Source: Christensenellaceae bacterium (GTDB taxonomy: Bacteria > Bacillota > Clostridia > Christensenellales > Borkfalkiaceae). From it: a stretch of DNA of 45,101 nucleotides. The translations under genes and the position numbers were made by a program. The stretch's first letter is position 1. The number at the start of each line of letters is the position of its first letter. Location of the stretch: contig JAZSJY010000086.1 in assembly GCA_045534565.1 (NCBI GenBank), positions 1-45,101 of the forward strand, read 5' to 3'. Under the pieces are notes generated by a model. That model did not search any database. It was not told the origin of the DNA and worked only from the letters and a program-made list of their open reading frames with translations. This document shows, one piece after another, positions 34,755 to 42,204 of this stretch.

Positions 34755-34906
34755 AACAACTACCTAAATATTTATTTCCGTTTGAGTATTACCGAAAAAT
34801 TATTTTTTATTCAAAAACGATTATTCCCTTGAAAAAATATTCAATATATGGTATTATAAATATAAGGAGAAAAGGCGAACAAACGTTTGCTTTTTATAAT
34901 TAAAAT

Positions 34907-35656
34907 ATGCAAAATTTACTTGTTTCAACAACAGGCGCAATTGTTAACGTTGTAGCGCTATTGTTCGTGGGTGGTTTTGCGGTTTGGGGTTTCTATAAGG
35001 GCTTTACAAAAACCTTTTTTAACGTTTTTGGAACGTTGCTAGCAATATTGATTGCCGTGCTACTCGCCCCTGTCGTTGCAGAGTTTTTAGAAAACAAGTT
35101 CTCTTTCGTTACAACAATGTCTAACAAGGTAAGAGAGTTGCTTACTAAATCTTTTGGCGAAGAGATAATGAACGCCCCCTTTTCAAATGACGCCGCGTCT
35201 TTATTAAATAACGTTGGTGGCAGATGGCTGATTAAAATTATTGAAAAGATTGATACCGCATCATTGCCTTCAGGAACAACGCTTGGGCAGATTATTTGCC
35301 CTATATTTGGCTATTACGTGGTAATAATAATAGCTGTAGTTGCGCTCTTTATAATATTCAAAATAGTGTTCTTCTTGATAGGCGAATTAGTTAAAAAAGC
35401 CTATGCGTTCAAAATAGTTGCCGTCGTAGATAGAGTTTTAGGTCTTGCAATAGGTTTTGTCAGCGGTACGGTTATGTTAGAGTTAGTAATAATGGTTATA
35501 GGAATAATTCCGTTCCCTTTCTTCCAAAACGTTTACGCAGAGATAATTAACTCGCCAATTACGGGATTTTTAACAAAAATAAACGTTTTTGACTTAATTA
35601 TCAATGCTTTATCAACAAAAAACATTATTCCATACGTAAAAAACTTAATTATATAG
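34907..35656 (+). CDS. CvpA-family membrane protein
   Basis: Four to five TM helices with CvpA-like organisation. No obvious SD, so the start is less certain. Confidence 0.55.
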   Translation: MQNLLVSTTGAIVNVVALLFVGGFAVWGFYKGFTKTFFNVFGTLLAILIAVLLAPVVAEFLENKFSFVTTMSNKVRELLTKSFGEEIMNAPFSNDAASLLNNVGGRWLIKIIEKIDTASLPSGTTLGQIICPIFGYYVVIIIAVVALFIIFKIVFFLIGELVKKAYAFKIVAVVDRVLGLAIGFVSGTVMLELVIMVIGIIPFPFFQNVYAEIINSPITGFLTKINVFDLIINALSTKNIIPYVKNLII

Positions 35657-35670
35657 GCAAAAAAGCTTTA

Positions 35671-35708
35671 AAAACCACCAATTTTAATTAAAAAACGGTG
35701 GTTTTTTG
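35671..35708 (+). terminator. probable intrinsic terminator
   Basis: AACCACC (35673-35679) pairs with GGTGGTT (35697-35703) across a 17-nt AT loop, followed by a T-run. Confidence 0.5.
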
Positions 35709-35719
35709 TTTTATTTTAT

Positions 35720-35735
35720 TGTTTCACGTGAAACA
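35720..35735. promoter_or_regulatory. parS: parS site 1 (ParB-binding centromere-like site)
   Basis: TGTTTCACGTGAAACA, a perfect 16-bp palindrome matching the Firmicute consensus TGTTNCACGTGAAACA. Confidence 0.85.
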
Positions 35736-35763
35736 ACGTTGTTTTTACCCTTGCAAATTTCTA

Positions 35764-35779
35764 TGTTTCACGTGAAACA
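35764..35779. promoter_or_regulatory. parS: parS site 2
   Basis: TGTTTCACGTGAAACA, identical to site 1 and exactly 44 bp downstream. Confidence 0.85.
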
Positions 35780-35807
35780 ATCTGTTTGTCCTATGTAAAA
35801 AATTAAA

Positions 35808-35823
35808 CGTTTCACGTGAAACA
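35808..35823. promoter_or_regulatory. parS: parS site 3
   Basis: CGTTTCACGTGAAACA (15/16), exactly 44 bp after site 2. Confidence 0.8.
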
Positions 35824-35982
35824 ATAAGCAGGAAAAATCGTTAAAATATCGTCGTTGTGAGACAAAATGGCTAAAATTTTTCCCACAAACTTTAAAACCC
35901 TATTCTGTCTCAGGCCGTTAAAATGCGATTTTTTAAAAAGGCTTTATTAAGGCGATTTCTTTGTTTTTAAATCCTAAAATTG

Positions 35983-35998
35983 TGTTTCACGTGGAACG
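35983..35998. promoter_or_regulatory. parS: parS site 4 (degenerate)
   Basis: TGTTTCACGTGGAACG, 14/16 to the palindromic consensus. Confidence 0.6.
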
Positions 35999-36206
35999 TT
36001 TTGGTGTTAGACTTGTTTTTCTGTAAAAAAATATAAACGTTGCATTAAAATTGCGTTTTGATAAATTATTTGCGTAGAAAATGAAAAAATAATAAAATTT
36101 AACTCAAAACAACGCGCTATGAAGTTCAAGCGCAAAATATTTAATAGTGGCGCAAAGTGTTAAAACTATGCGCTAATAAAAATAGTAAAATTTTGTTAAA
36201 AAACTA

Positions 36207-36235
36207 TTGAGTTTTTTTATATTATATTGTATAAT
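36207..36235 (+). promoter_or_regulatory. SigA-type promoter of ftsH
   Basis: TTGAGT (36207-36212), 17-nt spacer, TATAAT (36230-36235). The ~100-nt leader contains the hairpin AAGGTAAT/ATTACCTT (36278-36302). Confidence 0.5.
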
Positions 36236-36338
36236 ATTATAAATATAAAGCATAATGAATAGTATGCGCGTAAATTCAAGGTAATTTTAATAGTATTACC
36301 TTATAATAGTTTTACGACATAAAAAAGGAGACGTAATT

Positions 36339-38411
36339 TTGAAAGTAAAACCAAGAAAGATTATTATTTGGGTTTTAATCGCTGCAATTGTGATAGGCGC
36401 TGCCGGATACGCACTATTTGCATATTTATCTAAACCCAAACAAATTAAAACGTCAGAGTTTGACAAGTTGATTGAACTCACCATAGACATTGAGGATGCA
36501 AATAAAGTGCCACAGGTTGATGGTGGCTATATTGTTGCAAAAGAACAATTACCTGATAGTGTTAGCAACGCAATTAAAAAATACGCTTACACCAAAGTTA
36601 AGGTTGCAAACGTTCTTCACGACGGTTACGTAATTGAGTTTACCCTTGATATATATAATGCGACGGGTAAAATAGGGGACGCTAACTTTAAGACGATGTT
36701 CTCAAGAACGGATACAGCCGTTGCCGAATTAAAAACCAGTCTTAATGCTAAGGGCATTGATTACGACTGGACCGACCCTAACGCAGGGGCAATTTGGTCG
36801 TCGCTTTTACCACTTTTCGGTTCAGCGCTCATAATGGTTGTTTTCATAATCATATTGATGCAAACGCAAGGTGGCACTAAAGGCGCAATGAACTTTGCAA
36901 AAACCAACGCGCGTGTAAACCACAACTTAAAAGTTCGCTTTACCGACGTTGCTGGCGCAGAAGAAGAAAAAGAAGAATTAGCAGAAGTAGTTGATTTCTT
37001 AAAAGCACCTAAAAAGTTCTCTGAACTTGGCGCAAGAATTCCCAAAGGCGTATTATTAGTAGGGCCTCCTGGAACGGGTAAAACGCTTTTCGCAAAAGCA
37101 GTTGCAGGCGAAGCTGGCGTACCTTTCTTCTCTATAAGTGGTTCAGACTTCGTTGAAATGTTCGTCGGCGTAGGGGCGTCACGTGTACGTGATTTGTTTG
37201 ACGTTGCTAAAAAGAGTATGCCGTGTATCGTTTTCATTGACGAAATTGACGCCGTTGGCCGTCAACGTGGCACGGGTATGGGCGGTGGACACGACGAAAG
37301 AGAACAAACGCTTAACCAACTTTTAGTTCAAATGGACGGTTTTGAAAGTAACGACGGTATTATCGTTATGGCGGCAACCAACCGTGCTGATATATTAGAC
37401 CCTGCGCTTTTAAGACCTGGTAGATTTGATAGGCAAATTTACGTTAACATTCCTGACGTAAGGGGTAGGGAAGCAATATTAAAAGTTCACGCAAGAAACA
37501 AACCGCTTGCAAAAGACGTTAACTTTAAGACTGTTGCCCGTATGACGCACGGGTTTTCAGGCGCAGACCTTGAAAATCTTTTGAACGAAGCGGCAATTTT
37601 AGCTGCGCGTGCAAATAGGAAATTTATAACCAACAAAGACCTTTACGAAGGCGTTAACAAGGTTATGCTTGGACCACAAAAGAAATCAAGGTTGGTTACT
37701 GAAACTGATAAACGTATTACGGCGTATCACGAAGCGGGCCACGCAATACTTGCAAGACTTTTACCGCATTGCGACCCCGTTCACGAAGTTTCAATTATTC
37801 CACGTGGTCAAGCGGCAGGTTACACTATGACTAGACCTGATAACGACGATAACCACCTTACCAAAGCAAAACTTCTTGACGATATAGTTATGACGCTTGG
37901 TGGTAGAGTTGCAGAAGAACTTATTATTAAAGATATTTCTGCGGGCGCTTCTGGTGATATTCAAGCAGTTACTAAACGTGCAAGACTTATGGTTACCGAG
38001 TGGGGTATGAGTGAAAGAGTTGGGCTTATTTCTTACGGCTCGGATAGAGAAGTATTTATCGGTAGAGATATGGCGTCGCACGTAAATTATAGCGAAGAAA
38101 CTGCTGCAATTATTGACGAAGAAATTAGACTTATTATTGAAACTTCACTTAAAAAAGCGCGTGAATTATTAAGCAAGAATAAACACCTTTTGGATAACAT
38201 GGCAAGACTTTTGGTTGAAAGAGAAACTATTTTCAGCGAAGAAGTAGATATGCTTATGGAAGGCAAAAGCGTGGAAGAAATAATGGCGTTTATGGATGAA
38301 AACGAGGGCAAGTTACAAGAAAACCCCTTCAATAGAAAAGCGTCGTCCGTGATAATTAAAGAAGAAAAAGAACAAACCAAAGAAGGCGAAGACGGACAAA
38401 ACAAAGAATAA
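36339..38411 (+). CDS. ftsH: ATP-dependent zinc metalloprotease FtsH
   Basis: TTG start after [34 protein letters not shown], the second region of homology, and the HEAGHA zinc site. Confidence 0.95.
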   Translation: MKVKPRKIIIWVLIAAIVIGAAGYALFAYLSKPKQIKTSEFDKLIELTIDIEDANKVPQVDGGYIVAKEQLPDSVSNAIKKYAYTKVKVANVLHDGYVIEFTLDIYNATGKIGDANFKTMFSRTDTAVAELKTSLNAKGIDYDWTDPNAGAIWSSLLPLFGSALIMVVFIIILMQTQGGTKGAMNFAKTNARVNHNLKVRFTDVAGAEEEKEELAEVVDFLKAPKKFSELGARIPKGVLLVGPPGTGKTLFAKAVAGEAGVPFFSISGSDFVEMFVGVGASRVRDLFDVAKKSMPCIVFIDEIDAVGRQRGTGMGGGHDEREQTLNQLLVQMDGFESNDGIIVMAATNRADILDPALLRPGRFDRQIYVNIPDVRGREAILKVHARNKPLAKDVNFKTVARMTHGFSGADLENLLNEAAILAARANRKFITNKDLYEGVNKVMLGPQKKSRLVTETDKRITAYHEAGHAILARLLPHCDPVHEVSIIPRGQAAGYTMTRPDNDDNHLTKAKLLDDIVMTLGGRVAEELIIKDISAGASGDIQAVTKRARLMVTEWGMSERVGLISYGSDREVFIGRDMASHVNYSEETAAIIDEEIRLIIETSLKKARELLSKNKHLLDNMARLLVERETIFSEEVDMLMEGKSVEEIMAFMDENEGKLQENPFNRKASSVIIKEEKEQTKEGEDGQNKE

Positions 38412-38461
38412 ACCAAATTCGCAAAGAGATAGCAATTATTGATTGAAGAAAGGAGAGTGTT

Positions 38462-39238
38462 ATGGGAAAAATTATTGCTTTTTCAAACCAAAAAGGTGGC
38501 GTAGGTAAAACTACGACTTGCGTAAATATGTCGGCATACCTTGCGAAAAAAGGATACAAGTGTTTAGTAGTTGACCTTGACCCGCAAGGTAATGCAACAA
38601 GTGGTTTAGGCTTTGCTAAAAGCGAAGTTAAAAATTCCGTGTACAACGTTATGATAGACGATATGCCCATTGAAAACGCCGTTGTTAAAACGTGCGTTGA
38701 CGGGCTTGATATATTGCCGTCTAACATAGATCTTGCCGGCGCAGAAGTTGAGTTAGTTTACATAAAAGATAGAGAACACGTCCTTAAAAGAGTGCTTGAA
38801 AAAGCGAAAGGCAGTTATGATTTCGTTACGATTGACTGTCCGCCGTCTTTAGGACTTTTAACTATAAACGCTCTTGCTGCTGCTGATACGGTGATAATAC
38901 CTATCCAAAGCGAATACTACGCACTTGAAGGGTTAAGCCAACTTATGAATACTATAAAGTTGGTCGTTAAGCACCTTAACCCGACCTTAAAAATAGAAGG
39001 CGTAGTTCTTACCATGAACGACAATCGTGCAATAATATCACGTCAAATTTCCCAAGAAATTAAAAAGTTCTTTGGCAAACGCGTGTTTGAAACGGCTATT
39101 CCAAGAAATATTCGTCTTGCAGAAGCGCCTAGTCACGGCGTTCCTATAATGCTACACGACGTAAAGTGTTCGGGGGCAAAGGCGTACCTTGCGCTTACTG
39201 AAGAATTCTTGGAAAGACAACCGCAAAAGAAAAATTAA
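38462..39238 (+). CDS. parA: chromosome partitioning ATPase ParA/Soj
   Basis: Deviant Walker A NQKGGVGKTTT. DCPPSLG. 258 aa. Confidence 0.93.
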   Translation: MGKIIAFSNQKGGVGKTTTCVNMSAYLAKKGYKCLVVDLDPQGNATSGLGFAKSEVKNSVYNVMIDDMPIENAVVKTCVDGLDILPSNIDLAGAEVELVYIKDREHVLKRVLEKAKGSYDFVTIDCPPSLGLLTINALAAADTVIIPIQSEYYALEGLSQLMNTIKLVVKHLNPTLKIEGVVLTMNDNRAIISRQISQEIKKFFGKRVFETAIPRNIRLAEAPSHGVPIMLHDVKCSGAKAYLALTEEFLERQPQKKN

Positions 39239-39250
39239 CGGAGAGTGAAA

Positions 39251-40153
39251 ATGAAACCTGTTAGAGGATTAGGAAAAGGGTTATCCGCATTGTTTTCGGA
39301 AACCGAAGAAGACTACGGCAAGAGTTTGCTTTTTGACGAGCAACCACAAGAAAAGGGTGAAGGCGTTACGCATATAGACGTAAGTTCTATTTTTGCAAAC
39401 CCAAATCAGCCGAGAAAGGTTTTTGACGAAACTGCGCTTAAAGAACTTGCAGATTCTATTTCTAAACACGGCGTAATTATGCCTATTATCGTAAACAAGA
39501 GTGGCGATAGGTACATGATTATTGCAGGTGAACGTCGTTTTAGGGCAAGTAAACTTGCTGGGCTTGATAAAGTTCCCGTAATAGTTAAGAATTATAACGA
39601 CAAGCAAATTAAAGAAATTTCGCTTATTGAAAACTTGCAAAGGGAAGACTTAAACCCCATTGAAGCGGCAACGGCAATGCGTTCGCTTATGAACGATTAC
39701 GGTATGACGCAAGAAGATTTGGCAGATAGAATAGGTAAATCACGTCCGGCAATCGCAAACACTTTAAGACTTTTATCACTTTCACCTGAAGTTATTAAAA
39801 TGGTTGCGAACGGCGAACTTTCCGCAGGGCACGCAAGGGCGCTTATTTCCGTACCCAACGTTGACCAAGTAAAACTTGCAGAAAGCGCTGTTAAGGACGG
39901 GCTTTCCGTTCGTGAAGTGGAAAAGAAAGTTAAGGAATATTTTGATCCACCCGTTGAAAAGGAAAAGAAGAAAATAAAACAAGAACTTTCTTTAGAACTT
40001 AAAGAACTTATCGGCGATATGCAAAGGGTATTCGGCACGCGCGTTAACGCTATCGGTAACGACAAAAAGGGTAGAATATACATTGATTATTATACCAGAG
40101 ACGATTTAGATAGACTTGCCGAACTTTTAGAATATCTTAAAAACAAGAAATAA
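39251..40153 (+). CDS. parB: chromosome partitioning protein ParB/Spo0J
   Basis: GLGKGLSALF, NPNQPRK, IAGERRFRAS (ParB box) and HTH. The ATG at 39251 follows GGAGAG. The GTG at 39245 is an alternative start. Confidence 0.93.
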   Translation: MKPVRGLGKGLSALFSETEEDYGKSLLFDEQPQEKGEGVTHIDVSSIFANPNQPRKVFDETALKELADSISKHGVIMPIIVNKSGDRYMIIAGERRFRASKLAGLDKVPVIVKNYNDKQIKEISLIENLQREDLNPIEAATAMRSLMNDYGMTQEDLADRIGKSRPAIANTLRLLSLSPEVIKMVANGELSAGHARALISVPNVDQVKLAESAVKDGLSVREVEKKVKEYFDPPVEKEKKKIKQELSLELKELIGDMQRVFGTRVNAIGNDKKGRIYIDYYTRDDLDRLAELLEYLKNKK

Positions 40154-40157
40154 TATT

Positions 40158-40184
40158 AAGGGCGAGCAATCGCCCTTTAGTTTT
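40158..40184 (+). terminator. probable intrinsic terminator after parB
   Basis: AAGGGCGA-GCAA-TCGCCCTT (40158-40177), followed by TAGTTTT. Confidence 0.55.
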
Positions 40185-40198
40185 GCAAAGGAAAAATT

Positions 40199-41590
40199 AT
40201 GCTTAAATTTCAAAAACTTGGCGAAGACGTAAGCATTTTAACTGAATACATTGATAAAAGCCGAACGCCTTGTTGCGATATTTCGCTTGGAATACGTTAT
40301 ATGTGGCGCAATGATTTTAACGTTTCTTACGCCGTGTATAATAATACCTTAATAATGAAAGAAAGTAGCCCCGATTATAGCGACGTGTTTTATTACCCTA
40401 TCGGCAGTGACGAGCTTGGTGCGTTAAATCAAATAGAAGAATATTGCAAGGAAAACAGTATTCCGTTAACTTTCGGTTGTTTGAGCAATCAGGTTGCTGA
40501 AGAATTAAAAGAACGCTACTTTGACGCTAAAACTTTTTACGAGCGTGAGTGGTGTGATTATATTTATACTGCGGAACAGTTTAAGACGTACGCAGGCAAG
40601 AAACTTTCTGGGCAAAGAAACCACGTCAACAAGTTTAAGCGTTTATACCCCGATTACAAATTCAAAATGATTGAACCAAAGGACTTTGAAAGAATAAAGG
40701 ATTTTTTGCTTGAATTTACTAAACGCGCAGGCGAAATGAGTTGGTCTGAAGAAGTTGAACTCAAAACGGTTTTTGATCTCGTTGAACATATGTATTTGCT
40801 AAATCAAGTGGGTGGATATTTAGAAGTTGACGGGAAAATGATAGCCTTTTCAATAGGTGAAGTGGTTGGCGACACCATGATAGTGCATATAGAAAAGGCG
40901 CTCACAGAATACGACGGCGTTTATCCCACCATGGCAAAGGAATTTGCTAACGCCTTTATAGGCGACGGGGTAAAATATATAAATAGAGAAGAAGACTGTG
41001 GCGATATAGGTCTGCGCACGTCAAAGATGCAATATAAACCCATAGAGCTAAAAGAAAAAGTCGTGCTTACGGCAAACACGATTTTTGAAAGAATTATTCC
41101 TAACGTAGTGATAACTGCAAGAAGGGTAGATTTAACAGAAATTAATAAAACGGATAAGGAAATTTATGCAAAATTGTATCTTGATGACGACCTTAATAAG
41201 TGGTGGGGATACGATTATAAGGAAGATATAGGCGACTTTGAGCCTACGCCAGAATATTTCTATCAATTCCAAAACGGGTTAAAGGTAAAAAAGGAAGAAT
41301 TTAGTTTTGCCGTTAGGGAAAGTGGTAAAATGATAGGCGAATTAGTACTTTATAACTTTGACCATTTCGGCGGTGTGGAAATGGGCTTTAGGTTCTTTAG
41401 GGAATACCAAGGAAAAGGGTACGCAATAGAAAGCGCCAACGCCTTGAAAGAATACGTCTTTAACAGTTTAGGCGCAAAAAAATTAAAGTCAAGGTGCTTT
41501 AAGCAAAATATTCCGTCAAGAAAGTTGATAGAAAAACTTGGCTTAAAATTAGTAAAAGAAGACGATACTCACTATTATTTTGAAAGTTAA
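40199..41590 (+). CDS. two-domain acyltransferase: DUF2156/LPG-synthase-C-like N-domain fused to a RimJ/RimL-type GNAT
   Basis: The N-terminal ~290 aa carries YAGKKLSGQRNHVNKFKR, typical of DUF2156. The C-terminal ~160 aa carries GNAT blocks (IGELVLYNF...GFRFFREYQGKGYA). Confidence 0.55.
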   Translation: MLKFQKLGEDVSILTEYIDKSRTPCCDISLGIRYMWRNDFNVSYAVYNNTLIMKESSPDYSDVFYYPIGSDELGALNQIEEYCKENSIPLTFGCLSNQVAEELKERYFDAKTFYEREWCDYIYTAEQFKTYAGKKLSGQRNHVNKFKRLYPDYKFKMIEPKDFERIKDFLLEFTKRAGEMSWSEEVELKTVFDLVEHMYLLNQVGGYLEVDGKMIAFSIGEVVGDTMIVHIEKALTEYDGVYPTMAKEFANAFIGDGVKYINREEDCGDIGLRTSKMQYKPIELKEKVVLTANTIFERIIPNVVITARRVDLTEINKTDKEIYAKLYLDDDLNKWWGYDYKEDIGDFEPTPEYFYQFQNGLKVKKEEFSFAVRESGKMIGELVLYNFDHFGGVEMGFRFFREYQGKGYAIESANALKEYVFNSLGAKKLKSRCFKQNIPSRKLIEKLGLKLVKEDDTHYYFES

Positions 41591-41620
41591 AAAAACAGTC
41601 GGTTTAGCCGACTGTTTTTA
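41590..41620. terminator. bidirectional intrinsic terminator
   Basis: ACAGTCGG (41595-41602) pairs with CCGACTGT (41608-41615). Flanking A-run and T-run. Confidence 0.85.
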
Positions 41621-41621
41621 T

Positions 41622-42203
41622 TTATACTGTTTTAGCAATGGATAATATTTTTTCCTTGAAACTTTCTTTGCCGTCGTTAACTATAACGGTGTAGGGGGAA
41701 AGGTCTGCGCTTTGGTAATCAAACTGACTGTTTATGCGCTTTAACACTTGTTCCCTGCTCATATTAGAGCGTTTTATCACGCTTAAAATACGCTCTTCAA
41801 AATCACGGGTAACCACCATAACGGCGTCAAATTCGTTTTGATATCCGCACTCAAAAAGTAAGGGAACTTCAACGAAAATTCTACCCGATAATTTTTTTAC
41901 CCGTTTTTTAATTTCTGCCATAACTAACGGCGTAATAAGGTTGGTAAGTTTTGTGCGCGCGTCTGCGTTGCTAAAAACTATAATTGCAATTTCATTACGA
42001 TCAATCACGGGGTTGAAAAACCCTTTAACAGCCGTTGGGAATAATTTTTTAAGCAACAGCTTTATTTTGCGTTTTTCGTAAAGGTCTTTAACTACTTTGT
42101 CGCTTGATATAGTTTCGTATCCTGCGTCTTCAAGAATACGCAAGGCGTAACTTTTGCCACTACCTATTCCGCCCGTTAAGGCAACAGTTCTTTTTTCTTC
42201 CAT
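41622..42203 (-). CDS. coaE: dephospho-CoA kinase
   Basis: Start at the ATG at 42203 (MEEKRTVALTGGIGSGKS, P-loop), 1 nt after the polA stop. Confidence 0.9.
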   Translation of the reverse strand: MEEKRTVALTGGIGSGKSYALRILEDAGYETISSDKVVKDLYEKRKIKLLLKKLFPTAVKGFFNPVIDRNEIAIIVFSNADARTKLTNLITPLVMAEIKKRVKKLSGRIFVEVPLLFECGYQNEFDAVMVVTRDFEERILSVIKRSNMSREQVLKRINSQFDYQSADLSPYTVIVNDGKESFKEKILSIAKTV

Positions 42204-42204
42204 A

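Noticed and set aside
35720-35823. A repeat-spacer pattern (16-bp repeat, 28-bp unique spacers, three units) that superficially resembles a mini CRISPR array.
   Set aside because: The repeat is a 16-bp perfect palindrome identical to the parS consensus, which is too short for a CRISPR repeat. There are only three units, and no cas genes or leader are present.
35657-36338. The long AT-rich non-coding gap, considered as oriC.
   Set aside because: By eye I found no TTATCCACA or TGTGGATAA with one mismatch or fewer. The nearest candidates are TTTCCCACA (35879-35887) and TGTGAGACA (35856-35864), with two or more mismatches each. This is left as a question that needs a computational scan, not a call.
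36296-38727. Antisense or alternative-frame ORFs within ftsH and parA (36296..36490, 36761..37237, 37791..38081, 38087..38416, 38356..38727). Similar ORFs lie inside dnaN, yidC, mnmG, polA and other genes.
   Set aside because: They lie fully inside confidently identified genes on the other strand or frame. Their translations are low-complexity and they have no SD, which is typical of shadow ORFs.
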